From Octopus bimaculoides (taxonomy: Eukaryota): a DNA stretch of 64,000 nucleotides. The translations under genes were made by a program, and so were the position numbers. The notes below the pieces were generated by a model. The model saw only the letters and a program-made list of their open reading frames with translations. It searched no databases and was not told where the DNA came from. The stretch is from assembly GCF_001194135.2 (NCBI RefSeq), contig NC_068981.1, positions 78,015,060 through 78,079,059 on the forward strand, in the 5' to 3' direction. Shown in pieces: positions 49,780 through 63,065 of this stretch. How positions within the stretch are numbered: position 1 is the stretch's first letter; every line of letters starts with the position of its first letter.

Positions 49780-49995
49780 GAACTGGCAGAATTATTAGTA
49801 TGCCAGGCAACATGCTTTGTGGCATTCCATCTGTCTTGATATTCTGAGTTCAAATTCCACTGAGGTCAACTTTGCCTTTGCCTTTCATCACTTTGGAGTC
49901 GATAAGATAAGTACTAATTGAGCACTGAGGTCAATTTAATCAGCTTGGCCCCCTCCTCCAAAACTGCTGGCCTTGTGTCAAATTTTGAAATCAAT
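49780..49995 (+). mobile_element. SINE family B
   Basis: GAACTGGCAGAATT...CTGAGTTCAAATTCC...AAGTACTAATTGAGCACTG. Confidence 0.75.
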
Positions 49996-50374
49996 GTTAT
50001 CATCAGCATCTCTATTATCATCACTTTTCCAACACTGAAATAATCATCTGCATGCTCACCATTATCATACCACTACCACACTGACATTCTATGAATAAGT
50101 ATGTAGTGAAGGCATGTGACCTAGTAGTTAGGGTGGTGGTACTTTGTTTTATTGCCCCTGCAAGAATGAAAGCAAAGTTGATGTTAGCAGGATTTCAATT
50201 TAAAACTTAGATGCAACCAAATACTACAAGATATTTCATCTGATACTCTTCTAATTCATTATAATTCAGTTGTTTAAAATAATTTTACGATAGACATCAA
50301 GGACAAAATTCATTTTTACCATTGTATATTTGATAGGTAGAGCAGGCACATGTGAAGGTGAGTTGTGACGTCAC

Positions 50375-50560
50375 TGGTGCCAAGCTGTATCAGTCTTTGT
50401 CCTTCCCTTGGATAACATTGGTGGCATGGAGAGGGGAGGCTTGTATGTATGAACAACTGCTGGTCTTCTATAATCAACCTTGCCCGGACTTATGCCTTGG
50501 AGGGTAACTTTCTAGGTGCAATCCCATGGTCATTCATGACCAAAGGGGTTCTTTACCCAG
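50375..50560 (+). mobile_element. 5'-truncated SINE family D
   Basis: GAGTTGTGACGTCACTGGTGCCAAGCTG...GGGTAACTTTCTAGGTGCAATCCCATGGTCATTCATGACC. Confidence 0.75.
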
Positions 50561-50639
50561 TGTGAGCAATTTTCTCATTTGCAACTAATGAAAACTGTTC
50601 AAAATAATGGGTGGTGCTCATGCTAACCCACTCTCAAAT

Positions 50640-50800
50640 AATTTTTCTAGCTTTGGCTCAAGGCTAGCAATTTTGACGAGTTGAGACTTGAACTTTATTT
50701 TATCAAGCTTGAAGGGACGGAAGGCAGAGTGGACCCCTGTGGGATTTGAAGGCAGAACATACAGAGTTGGATTCTGTAAATCCACGACTCCCAAAATAAT
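50640..50800 (-). mobile_element. Degenerate SINE family B
   Basis: GAAGGGACGGAAGGCAGAGTGGACCCCTGTGGGATTTGAAGGCAGAAC. Confidence 0.55.
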
Positions 50801-51676
50801 GGAAGTATGAAAGAGCAGGAAAATATAAGTAAACCTTACTGGGATTAATTCTAACTTGTACAAAGAAAATCTGGGGAATGGCATAAATTAGTACTGCTAA
50901 AATAAATTTTAAAAAAATAAATGACTTAATAAAATGTAAAAGAAAGTATTTTCATTAGCCAGTGCTGTAGATGTTCAGTGATACAGTGTAATTTTGATGG
51001 ACACATTAAGTGCAAGTGAACCTGGAATATGGCTTTGTATTATAGGACAATTGGTTGTGCATGCCAGAAACATGACTATATTGTATGAATATATAATATA
51101 GTGCAAATAGAGGAGGATGTATGGTGGGTGAGTATGTGTCATTAGCTGGAGGGGTATGAGAAACAGAGGAAAGACTGATTGAGAAATATGGGAGGGAAGA
51201 TATTTTGATCTGATTAGAAAAGTTGGAAGGGGAAAAGGCTGTTCTCTGCTTATGTTTTATCCTTACTAATTAGAAAAGCAGATGCAAAGTATGTTGGATA
51301 AAGATAAGTATAATAATGATGCTAAGGATGATTTCTTTATCAAAAATGACTTATTGGAGTACAATGACTGGCAGTTTTGTTCGCCTTGACCAGTTGATAT
51401 ATTGCATTCTTATCACTATGTTGATGGATCATTATTAACTGTTAGTTTAATGACTTGTTAGCATCCTATGTCAAATTGTAATAACACCAAGCAAAATTTT
51501 TAACTCGGAAATGTTTTGAACAGCTTGTGCAAATATAACTTTGACTCACTAGCTTCAAATAAAGATAAGAGAAAAAGCAAATATCAAAGATATTCCTTTT
51601 GTAAATATGGTAAACAGGATAGGCAGTTTCCTCATTGACCACTGGTAACTATTTACAGTAAGGGTGGGTGATTTAA

Positions 51677-51891
51677 GACTTTAGTACTTAAAGTGGCTAT
51701 GTCCAAGCCCAAATATTTTACTTGTTTTATATTTAAACTAACCAGATCTGACCTCTCACAACTTCCTTATAATGTTATTCTAAAAATAAACAATCACATC
51801 ATCGTAATCTTAGTTATGAGATATTGCATTATTGATTCAAAACAATGTGAATAAACAATACATTTGACAGAATAATCTGAATGCTAAAGAG
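51677..51891 (-). mobile_element. Degenerate inverted copy of the piggyBac-type MITE
   Basis: TTAA|GACTTTAGTAC ... CCAGATCTGACCTCTCACA ... GAATGCTAAAGAG|TTGA; internally the reverse complement of 33969-34188. Confidence 0.65.
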
Positions 51892-51939
51892 TTGAGAAAC
51901 AAGCTAGTCCAATATAATTTCTTGTGTTTCTAAATGAAA

Positions 51940-52129
51940 AAAAAAGTGCTTTGTTTGGCTATGTAGTTATGAAATTCACTATGCTACCATATTGTCTTGG
52001 GTCCTGTCTTACGACATGGTACCTTGGGAAAGTGTCTTCTGTTGTAATCTTTGGTCATCTAATGCCTTGTGAGTGAATCCAGTAGACAGAAACTGTACAA
52101 AGTTTGTTTGTATACATGTATGCGTGTGT

Positions 52130-52130
<1 letters not shown>
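51940..52130 (+). mobile_element. SINE family A head
   Basis: GGTACCTTGGGAAAGTGTCTTCT...GCCTTGTGAGTGAATCCAGTAGACAGAAAC. Confidence 0.65.
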
Positions 52131-52167
<37 letters not shown>

Positions 52168-52444
52168 GCACGTGTGTGTGTGTATATATATCTAAGTGAA
52201 TATTTACATTCTGCATTTATGTAGTACTTCAAAAATGTCGTTGAGCAACATTTGTTGGCATTTCCTTATCAACAAATCATTCAGTCAGTTGGCCTGTAAT
52301 TTTAAAAATGAGTGGAATAAAAACTCCATTACTTAAAAACAGGTAAGGGTTAGTGGCAAGTGAGGCATCAAGCTGTAAAAACAATAATATGTATATTCAC
52401 CTAACACATGCTAGCATGCAAAAATGGATGTAAAATTGACAAAG

Positions 52445-52850
52445 AAATACATATCTTTTACTTGCTTCAGTCATTAGATTGTGGCCATGCATCTCATATT
52501 TCTATCTTTGAAGAATGTTTAATTGAATGAATCAATCCTAGTGCTTTAAAAAAAAAATTTAATCAAACTCTTTTGGTGAGCCACTAAGTTACAGGAATCT
52601 AAACACACCAACACTGGTTGTTAAGTGGTGGTGGGTGACTAACACACACACACACACACATATGTATGAGCTTCTTTCAGTGTCCATCTACCAAATTCAC
52701 TCAAGGTTTTTTGATCAGTTCATGACTATAGTTTTTGATCTGTTCATGACTATAGTTGCTAGAGGTGTCATGCAGTGGGACTGAAACCAGAGCCATGTGG
52801 TCAGGAAGCAAGCTTCTTACAACACAGCCACACCTGTGCCTATTTCAAAG
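52445..52850 (-). mobile_element. SINE family A, near full length
   Basis: CTTTTACTTGCTTCAGTCATT...CAGTGGGACTGAAACC...CTTCTTACAACACAGCCAC. Confidence 0.75.
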
Positions 52851-54134
52851 AAATACAGTATCATTTTAGATTTAAAAGAAAAAAAAACAAAATAGTCTTC
52901 ACTTATTTTCCTATATACTACACATGACCTGTCACAAAGTTATTTAAAAAGAAATAAACTCAGGAAATTTATATCAAACCTAATGTTGTTAGCCAAATTA
53001 AATGTTATCAGAGCAAAGCAGTATAGTTGCCAATAAGTTTTCATGCACAAGTAATTTTATTTTTAATTAAGGGGCTTGGTTTGGTTCATTAAAAAGCTTT
53101 TTATGACTAATGTTGAAAAATTGAAATTCATAACAAAAAATGAAATTCCAAAACTATAAACATTTTATATATGTATATGTGTGTGTATGTGTGTATTTTA
53201 TACAATATAATATAGACACATTTGTTATATATTATAGAAGTTGATTATATTTCCATTACATTAGTGAAGTCAGCCTTAACAATAATATTGTAATATATTC
53301 AGTCTAGAAGATGCATTGACAACTCTTTACTTTGTTCATGTTGCTACTGTGTGTGTGTGTGTGTGTGTATGACTGATTTCTGTCATTGTATTGCAGTCAT
53401 TTCCAGACAATGCTTATAAAGATATAGTTACTGATAAAGAGAACAACAGCTTTTTCCCCACCATCCATCCATCCAACTTTTCCAATCATATCAAAATATC
53501 TTTCCTCCCATATTCCTCGATCAGTCTTTCCTCTCTTTTTCATGTCCCTCCAGCTAATCACAACATCACTGGTGTATATTTTATTAAACTTGGAAAAAAA
53601 CTTACATGTTCACTATCTCATGCTTGCATGGGTCTGACATGGGTTTATAGAGGTAAATTTTCTATGGCTGCATGCCCTTCCTATCACCAACTCAAGCCTG
53701 TTTCCAAGCAAAGTAATATTTCCCCCTACTCAGACATGATTTTACAGAATATTGGTAACCAATGATTCTCCCTGTATAACAATGATGTTTATTCACAAGT
53801 ATCATTCTATGACAAGACAAGGTAACACAAATATACATATCTATATACACCACCACACTCTCTCACACACATACATGCATATATATCAAATGTTGATTCT
53901 AACTCATTTATGAGGCATTGTAGGTGAGAAATTAAGGCACTAGACTACAAATTGCATGGTCAACAGTTCAAGCCTTGTTACAATTAATGTTTAGTGTCCC
54001 AATATTGACACATTACATTCAAATTGTTTAACTAATAGCAAGCACTAATCACTTAAATTACATCATTGACAAGATAGAAATATGAGAAGCATTCATTTGT
54101 ATAAAATATTTGCAGGAGAATTTTTATGTATGTT

Positions 54135-55439
54135 TGCTGTAGTGTAGGAAAGACAGAAGTACATAAAATTCTGAGAGTATATATTGAATTATTTAATTTG
54201 ATATTACTAACAAAGTGTGAATGAGTTATTAAGTTCATTGAACATATTTGTTATGAGATTTTAGTAGCTATGTCAGTCCTCAATGGACTTGGCATTTCAT
54301 TCAAGGTTACCTCATCTCAATACTTATAATATATTATATTTCTGCTATAACAACAGATAATGTTAATTATATTTAGAAAAAAACAACTAGTTGCAAGAAA
54401 TATAAAAAAAAAATTTGGTCCGGTTGTTGGTTGTTTTTTTTTTGTCCTAGGATTTATGTAAATACTAAATTTGTCCATGTCGGTTATGTAAATCTTTATT
54501 AGGGTGGAAGGCAGTGAGCTGGCAGAAACATTAGCACGCTGGGCGAAATGCTTAGTGGTATTTCGTCTGTCTTTACATTCTGTGTTCAAATTCCGCCGAG
54601 GTCGATTTTGCCTTTCATCCTTTCAGGGTCGATAAATTAAGTACCAGTTACGCACAGGGGTCAATGTAATCGACTTAATCCCTTTGTCCTTGTTTGTCCC
54701 CTCTATGTTTAGCCCCTTGTAAGGAATAAAGAAATAAGAAATGTTAGCACACTGGGCGAAATGCTTAGCGGTATTTCGTCTATCTTTACATTCTGAGTTC
54801 AAATTCCTCTGAGATCGACTTTGTCTTTCATCCTTTTGGAGTCGATAAATTAAGTACCAGTTGTGTACTGAGGTTGATCTAATCATCTGGCCTCCTCCCC
54901 CAAAATGTCAGGCTTTGTGCCTAGAGTAGAAAAGATTATTATTAGGGTGGTAAGCTCAGAGAATTGTTTGCATGTCAGGCAAAATGCTTAACAGCCTTTT
55001 GTCCATTATTACATTCTGAGTTCAAATTCCACAAGGTCTACTATGCCTTTCATCCTTTCAGGTTGATAAAATAAATATCCTTTGAGCACTGTAAGTAACT
55101 TATTCCCTCTCCTGAAACTGCTGGCCTTGTACCAGAATTTGAAACCATTATCATTTATCACTATTATTATTATCATTATATAATGGTGAGCTGGCAAAAT
55201 CATTAGCCTGCCAGGCAAAATGCTTAGTAGCATTCCGTTTGTCTTTTCATTCTAAGTTAAAATTCTGCTGAGGTCAACTTTGCTTTTCATCCTTTTGGGG
55301 TTAATAGAATAAATACCAGTTGAGTACTGAGATCAATGTAAACAACTTACCCCCTTCGTCGAAACTGCTGGCCTTATGCCAAAATTTGAAACCATTATCA
55401 TTTTCATTATCATAATTATTATAATTATTATTATTGTTA

Positions 55440-55480
<41 letters not shown>

Positions 55481-55905
55481 GTTTTTATTATTTTGCTATT
55501 TTTTTTATTTTCTTATTTGCTGAGTCTGTAAGAAAGGTGCAGTATCCTCAATAATGTATCTTGAATAATTTAATTTAGTATTACTAACAAATTGGGAATG
55601 AGTTATTTGGTTCATTTAATATATATCTCTTATGAGGTTTTAGTTATTGTATCAATCCTCAAAGGACTTAGAACTCCATTCAGGCTTACTCAGTATCAAT
55701 TCTTATAATTTCTGCTATAGCAACAAATGATGTTAAATATATATATATATTCAGACAAACAATTAGCTTCAAGAAAGAAAAAGAAAATGATTTGGGGNNN
55801 NNNNNNNNNNNNNNNNNNNNNNNNNNNNNNNNNNNNNNNNNNNNNNNNNNNCCTTTCTGTAATTTATTTAAATACAAATTTGCTTATGTCAAGTATATAA
55901 ATCAT
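54135..55905. repeat. Diverged ~370-bp direct repeats (54135-54500 and 55518-55905) flanking the SINE array
   Basis: Shared blocks TATTACTAACAAA..GAATGAGTTATT, TTATGAG.TTTTAGT, TCCTCAA.GGACTT, TTTCTGCTATA.CAACA and AAATAC.AAATTTG. Confidence 0.75.
54505..55420 (+). mobile_element. Head-to-tail array of about five SINE family B units, including a dimer (54505-54945)
   Basis: Units begin at ~54505, 54740, 54945 and 55185, with a partial unit between; junction GAAATAAGAA|ATGTTAGCAC. Confidence 0.85.
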
Positions 55906-56312
55906 TTTCTTTTTTATTTGTTGGGTCTGGTGGAAGGGGCAGTACCTATGGCCTTCATAGACTGTCTGAAACTGATGAAGCTGATGCCATTATTGTTCCA
56001 CATAAACTGTTGCCAGTTAGCACATATCAGGAAAGACATGAGCAAGGAAGGAAGAAGCTCCAGACAGTTGACATCTTGAGGAGAGGTTTAGCCTAGTGGC
56101 TTTATGCAAAATCTGTAAATTGGATATAACATGGGTGATGAGAGGAGGAGAGATAAGTGAATGAGGAGTGCTTGAGTAGAGGTGGTACAAGCCTAGCCAG
56201 CTCTGCAGAGGAGAGGCCATTATAGAAGTAGTAGAAAAGTAGTAAAGACAGAAAGAAAAGACAGCATGTCTGTAAGTGGTTGAAAGCTAAGTTGATTGGC
56301 CTTTCTTTCTAG

Positions 56313-56336
56313 GATATTTACAGCAGCATCCCAGAT
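56313..56336 (+). CDS. Candidate 24-nt microexon (DIYSSIPD if phase 0, GYLQQHPR if phase 1)
   Basis: Acceptor cctttctttctAG, donor GAT|GTGAGA, length a multiple of 3, non-repetitive context. Confidence 0.35.
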
Positions 56337-57309
56337 GTGAGATTAAATACGTCATTGTAGTTTTTACCTGAGCTCTGTAGAGTGTCAGTAGTTGTGTTAG
56401 AATATATCGTTTTCATCTGTCTGTCATAGGTTGACGTTGACTGTTATTATTCAGTAATGATCTCTGGCAGGCTAACATGTGAGCTACAAGGCCTGCTCTT
56501 GATTTGCGGTAGTGACGATATCTGCTGCAGGTAAAGTTATTTCATGCAATAGAGAAATGATGCCTCTTATGTACTCTTTTGTAATTTTGTTCCAAGAAGG
56601 CATTTGTTTTCTAATCAGATGTGTTTCAATGTTATGTAGAAATGACACCATTCTCAGAACCATCTACTCAATCATGATATGAATATGGCATCCATTTTTT
56701 GTCTAGGTAGACTGAATTAACCAAATAACCATAAAAAAACAATGCAGCATTAGAACTCCATTTTAAAGCAAGGGAATAGCATGAATAAAAGAAAGTTTTA
56801 CCAAACACCTTGCAATATTTGGTTGAATTCATCTTACATTCTGAGTCTAGAATGTATTTAAATTAATACTGTATTTAATTTGATTTAAGCTGTATTTATT
56901 TAAATTAATTTTGTATTTAAATTAATTTTGCTGTATTTAAATTAAATTTGCTTTTATCTTTCTGGGATTTATGAAATAATTGCCACTTGTTGTTGTTATT
57001 GTTGTTTAGATTTAGCTCCAGGTCATCCCTACTCAAACAAATGTGAAATGTATTTTAGCCAAGACTATCTTGTTCTTTTTTTTTTTTTTTAGACAGTTTA
57101 ACCAATATATTCATTCCTCTTTTAATAAAAAAATGTTAGTGTCATTTGAGACTCAAACTGCTATTTCTAGCAGTTTGAGTGACCACACAAAGGCCAAAGG
57201 CCCCTCACTGACTAATCTGCTGAAGCTGATCAAATTGATACACCTCTCTTAAAGATTTGTAACCATTTGTCAAAATTTAAATTTCATTCTTATTATTAAG
57301 GCCATGAAA

Positions 57310-57530
57310 AGTGGTGGGTTGGCAGAATTGTTACAGAATCAAGCAAATCACTTTGTGTAATTTCTTCCAGCTCCTTACATTCTGAGTTCAAATTTTAATG
57401 AGGTCAACTTTGCCATTCATGCTTTGGGGATCAATAAAATAAGTACTAGGGTTGATAATATTAATTGCACCCCATACCCTAAAAGTCGCTGGTATTGTGC
57501 CCAAATCAGAAACGATTATTAAGGCTATGA
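57310..57530 (+). mobile_element. SINE family B
   Basis: GGTTGGCAGAATTG...CTGAGTTCAAATT...GAGGTCAACTTTGCC. Confidence 0.7.
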
Positions 57531-58406
57531 AATGTGAAGAACAGTAGTGCTGATCATGTAGCAGAGTAATGGAACATGAGGCATAAAAGGTGGTGAACTT
57601 GTTGCCTGCATAGATCCAAAATCTTACTACTGTTATTAAATCATACCCTTGAGCAAGATGTATGACAAAAATACACGTTCCAGATCTATCTCACTGTTGA
57701 GTGGTTAGTATTAAAAAGGGCACTCAGTTGTAAAAACAATCACTTCTACAAAAATCCAATGAAACATCCATCTCATCTAAGACTGGAAAAAATGGATGTA
57801 AAAATGTTAGATATATCCATTTGGGCATCAGAACAGCATTCTTTTGATGTAGATTTATGTGCCTTTCCATAGCAACATTCAGAAGAAATTTTATGATAAT
57901 GGTGATGATTATGATACTGAAATCTAAATAAAATGCAAACTATAATTTTCACTACAAGGTTTTCTGTCTTTCTTTGATATTCCTTGCCTAAACAGCTTAA
58001 AAGAATACAAACTTGCCTTTATTTTCCATTTAAGACCTATTTTCTCTATCTCCTGATTTAAAAGGGAAAATGAAAAAAATTAAATTAAACTAGCTGTTGG
58101 CAATCTTTTAGCTTTCAACAACATCTGTTTGTAGACAAGGTTTCCTTTTATTTTCTTTGGCTAAACTATCTTGTATTTGCTAAGTTTCGTCTGTTTTGTT
58201 TTTTATATCTTTTAAATATTTTCAATTGAAGATTTTTATATATCTTTCTGGTATCATTTTTACTTCTTTTCAAAAGTGGTATTAGCTCAGTGAAAAATAT
58301 ACATTTAGAAAAATTGCAAACTGTTCTGTTTGGTTTGCCATGTGCTACTTTTATTAATGATACAAACATCTTGTTTTCTTATACTTGGTCTATAACTTTA
58401 TGCTTT

Positions 58407-58444
<38 letters not shown>

Positions 58445-58949
58445 TATATTAATAAATCATAGCATTTATATTATTGTTAACTATCACCTACTCTTGTTTC
58501 CCAAAAGATTTTTCAATTCAATTTGATTTTTATTTATGTAGAGCAATCTCTTGTTTCTAAAACTTTTTCTTCTTTTTAGTTTCCCCCTACTTGTTACATT
58601 TTAATTAGTCTTTTTTTTTTAGCTTTAAAGAAACTTTCTCTTGAAAGAAATATAACATTCATATGATAAATTCCCTGTTGATTCGGATGCACACATGACT
58701 TTAATTGTAATAAAAATGCGAATGTCAATTCTGTGGTTAAGATGCATGTTAGTTAACTTGAAGTTAAAGATTTCAAAACTGATATGGATGGTACACTTAA
58801 CCTCACCAGGATTTGCTCTTCCTATCACTGACTGCTAAAAGAGGACTAAATGAATGGCATCTTTGTTGCAAACTAAAACCAAACCAACTTGTGGTCTTGC
58901 TTGTTTAACTGTATTGGCATAATACTTCTGGGTTTCTACACATATTGGT

Positions 58950-59104
58950 GGTTAGGCATGGCTGTGTGGTTAAGTAGTACACTTCTCAACCAAGTGATTT
59001 TGGGTTCAATGCCTGTTACATATTTCTTTGGCATTTTCTGCTATACCCTTGACCTGCTTAATGCTTTGTGAGTGAAATTTGGTAGGTGGAAAATGCATGA
59101 AAGC

Positions 59105-59142
<38 letters not shown>

Positions 59143-59200
59143 GTGCCTATATCAGTTTTTTATGTCCATCTTTCCATGTTAGAATGGATTAGATAAACAC
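58950..59200 (+). mobile_element. Degenerate SINE family A
   Basis: GGCATGGCTGTGTGGTTAAG...GGGTTCAAT...TGTGAGTGAAATTTGGTAG followed by (TG)n. Confidence 0.65.
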
Positions 59201-59539
59201 GAATTACTGATGCATTGTTTTATAGCAAGATGCTCTTTCTGTCCCCAACCTTTATTTGTTTTTCAAGTAAGAATATGTGTGTGCCTTTCTCTATGTCTGA
59301 GCAAATAGAGATCAACAACATAAGTACTGGATTCTGGAGGGGTAGAGTCTACCAGCTGGAGTAATGGAAACAGGATGTGGGGAAGCGTTACACTGAGGGA
59401 CAGCATTCCTTTACTTTTCAGCTCATTGGGGAGATGAGGCAGTTTACCCCTTCTCTCTTTCCCCAGCTCACTGTCATAGATCATAGCATATGACTAGTTT
59501 CTGTAATCTATTTCCATCGCTGAACTGCTGTCCATTAAC

Positions 59540-59720
59540 TAAGCTAATAAAAATATCACCAAATGCACTCTGTAAAGTGGTTGGTGTTAGGCAGGGCTCC
59601 CATCTGCAGAAACCACGTCAAAACAGACATGGTGCTTTGGCAGCTCTTCAGGTGGTCAGCTCCTGTCAAACTGTCCAACCCATACCAGCATGAAAAATGG
59701 ACATTAAAGGATAATGACAC
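59540..59720 (+). mobile_element. RTE-type tail fragment
   Basis: GTGGTTGGTGTTAGGCAGGGC...AAACTGTCCAACCCATACCAGCATG. Confidence 0.6.
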
Positions 59721-59902
59721 TAGCCATGAGGTCTTTTCTTCTTCCATTTTGAAGAAAGATTGTAGGCCACTAGCCATTAGGGTCTGAAGAGACACTGTAA
59801 AGCTAAGTGCTTTATGGCCATAGAACCCTGAATATCCCTATAGACCAGCCATAACTATCTTTATCTAATTATATATATATACACACACACACACACTCTC
59901 TT

Positions 59903-59943
<41 letters not shown>

Positions 59944-59984
59944 CTCTTTCTTACTCTCTCTCACACACACACTCACATACACAC

Positions 59985-60130
59985 TTAACAATATTCTTTC
60001 AGTTTCTATATGTCAAACCAACTCACAAGGCTTTGGTCAGCCTGGAGCTACTGTAGAAGACACCCGCTCAAGGTGACTAAACCTGAAGCCATATGGTTGC
60101 GCAATAAACTTCTTAGCCACACAGCTATGT
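59985..60130 (-). mobile_element. SINE family A head
   Basis: CTCACAAGGCTTTGGTCAGCC...CTTCTTAGCCACACAGC. Confidence 0.7.
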
Positions 60131-60533
60131 CTGCAACTTCGTATACATGCACACACATAAATATAATGTTTTTTTATGAGTTGATATTAATGTTGCTAGT
60201 CAGATCACTTACTTTTTTTTGTCTACAATAGTTGCTTGTCATAGCTACTTCACACTCCAGCAAAAGTAACTAGACAGTTGTTTGCATCTGTGTAGTATAT
60301 CCTTGATCTCTTTTGTATAGTAGTGAAAGAAATCTTTCTTAACTATATGATGAAAGTGATTCAGGTCTTCATTCAATGATTTTGATTATTTCAACTTAAC
60401 ACAATTACTCAATCTTGGAAGTTTTCTAACCAGGACTATGTTTAGTAATCTAGAACGTGGTATTTTGTCATTTTTTTTTCCTATTCTTGCTTCAATGCCA
60501 CTACAATTTCTGGTAGACAGGTTTTACTTAACG

Positions 60534-60870
60534 CAGTGGTTCTCAATCATTTTGACTGAATGGCACACTGAAAATCAAATAAAAAAATTACTGGTGCATT
60601 TCGTATGGAAAGTTTATAGCAAAATTGTTTCATTGTTAAAACTTCAGAGAAAACAAATGTAGAAAATAATTGTTTAGTTTTGTTTTAGTAATCATATTTC
60701 TGTATAACAAAATTATAACCTGTTTTACAAGATGCTCCAAGCGTTAAATATGGATTTTCAAGGGGCCTTAAATTATATTTTTTAACACTCCACTGTGCAT
60801 CTAGAAACTATTTGTACTATGCTAGTGCATTGAAGTGCACTTTTCCAGAAACACAGCTTGGAAGTTTTCT
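60534..60870. mobile_element. Possible hAT-type MITE
   Basis: The left terminus CAGTGGTTCTCAA is a typical hAT end; the right end is only degenerate (CACAGCTTGGAAG). Confidence 0.35.
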
Positions 60871-61214
60871 ATTAGGTTGACAACTATGACAAAATTATAA
60901 TATTTTTGTTTTATATCAGTTATGCAAGTTGTCTTTGAATGTCAATGAGGTAGATTGCCATATTGTGTGTATAGTAATCAAGAAACAACCAAACTTACTA
61001 ATTAATTTATTAAAACCACAGCTGTCACTCATAAGCCAGTATGATTTGGTAGCATGTACCATATTTTAGCTAATTAATTTTTTTCTTTCTTTTTTTCTTT
61101 TTGCTTTTTGTCAGGGCCTATGATGTTGTGAACAAACATAGACACCTCTTGGTGATCTTTGACCCAGCAGCATATCAAGAATGTGACAGCTGGAGGGAGA
61201 GAGGGGGCTGTATC

Positions 61215-61345
61215 AGTATTATGTTGATACTCATTATCAGCTGAGTAGACTGGAGCAACATGAAATGAAGTACTTTTCTCAAAGACACAGCACTTCACCT
61301 GATATAGGAATCAAATGTTTGACTTAATGATCACAATCCCATCCC
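61215..61345 (-). mobile_element. SINE family D fragment
   Basis: CAGCTGAGTAGACTGGAGCAACATGAAATGAAGT..TTCTCAAAGACACAGC. Confidence 0.6.
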
Positions 61346-61479
61346 AACCATCAGGCCATTTCATAGAGCCATGTACAAATGGTAACTTGATATATGTACA
61401 CTATTCTACTCTAAGGTGGAATGGTCAAAAATGCAATATTTTAGTTTTCTATTTGACTATTTTTAACTAGTGTCTGTGA

Positions 61480-61870
61480 TTAAGAAGCTTACCAACCATG
61501 TGGTTTTGGGTTCAGCCTAGCTGCATGGTGCTTTGGGAAAGTGTCTTCTCCAATAGCTTCAGCTAGACTAAAGGCTTGTAGGTGGATTTGGTAACTGGAA
61601 ACTAAAAGAAATTTGTCGTGTGTGTGTTTGTGTCTCCTTGATACCATGTGATACTTATAATTGAGCTTCACAATAAGACAAGTGGTGTTCTTCATCCCCA
61701 AATTTCCATGTGGGCATATTCAGCTATGGGGAAGTATTATACCTTGCTTGGAAATGTGATAGTTGGCAACCGGAAGAGTACCCAGCTGCAGAAAATCTGC
61801 CTCAATGAATTTTATCTGATCCATGTATGCATGAGAAAGCAGACATTAAAATGATGATGATGATGTATCC
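61480..61870 (+). mobile_element. SINE family A with RTE-type tail, ending in (GAT)n
   Basis: GCTGTGTGATTAAGAAGCTT-like head, GGAAAGTGTCTTCT, and tail ACCCAGCTGCAGAAAATCTGCC...CAGACATTAAAATGATGATG. Confidence 0.7.
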
Positions 61871-62191
61871 AAAACTGAAATGGATGATTTGTTTGACAGA
61901 CTTCAAAGGATGAGAAAAGAGAGTTGTTAAATGAAATTGGTATAACTGAGATATGAAACTAGTGTGGTGACTAGGTTTGCTATGCACTTGTTTCTCCTGT
62001 CACACCTGTACATTTGAGATATGCCAAAGATAATTTGGAAAGAAGTATTTACATAAGAATTGAGACCATTAAGTCCCACCTTTGAAGTGCCACATGAGCA
62101 AAATATATGGAAAGATGATTTATTGAAGCTTCTGCCAGCATGCAAAACTATTTGAGAAAGAGAGAGAGAGGAAGAGATAGGGAGAGAGAGA

Positions 62192-62246
<55 letters not shown>

Positions 62247-63004
62247 NNNNNNNNNNNNNNNNNNNNNNNNNNNNNNNNNNNNNNNNNNNNNNNNNNNNNN
62301 NNNNNNNNNNNNNNNNNNNNNNNNNNNNNNNNNNNNNNNNNNNNNNNNNNNNNNNNNNNNNNNNNNNNNNNNNNNNNNNNNNNNNNNNNNNNNNNNNNNN
62401 NNNNNNNNNNNNNNNNNNNNNNNNNNNNNNNNNNNNNNNNNNNNNNNNNNNNNNNNNNNNNNNNNNNNNNNNNNNNNNNNNNNNNNNNNNNNNNNNNNNN
62501 NNNNNNNNNNNNNNNNNNNNNNNNNNNNNNNNNNNNNNNNNNNNNNNNNNNNNNNNNNNNNNNNNNNNNNNNNNNNNNNNNNNNNNNNNNNNNNNNNNNN
62601 NNNNNNNNNNNNNNNNNNNNNNNNNNNNNNNNNNNNNNNNNNNNNNNNNNNCCCTCTGCCTTTTTTCTCTCTCTCCATATGTCTTTGTTTTTTTCTCTCT
62701 CCATATGTCTAGTAAATGCTTTTTGATATGGCAGGTAGGATGAAGGAGAATGAGTTTTCCTTTAGCTTTCCTTGTGTTGGTGTGCTGGTGGTGTGGGGAC
62801 TCCATAACACAAGCTAGATACATGTATGTGTATCTTGTTGCAATTTCATAAATCCTATCTCCTTCAGTCCTACTCCCATTGCCATTACTGATTATTCTTT
62901 CAAACATCAATCAATGTCAATTGAATGGCCAACCAGCTGGAGTACAGGTAAACCTAAAAATAGTTTTTGCATTAGTCACCTTTATACTCCCATTCCACTC
63001 CCTT

Positions 63005-63065
<61 letters not shown>

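Noticed and set aside
53397-53765. ORF SFPDNAYKDIVTDKENNSFF... after a TGCAG acceptor
   Set aside because: No donor site; it runs into CT-rich sequence and a SINE.
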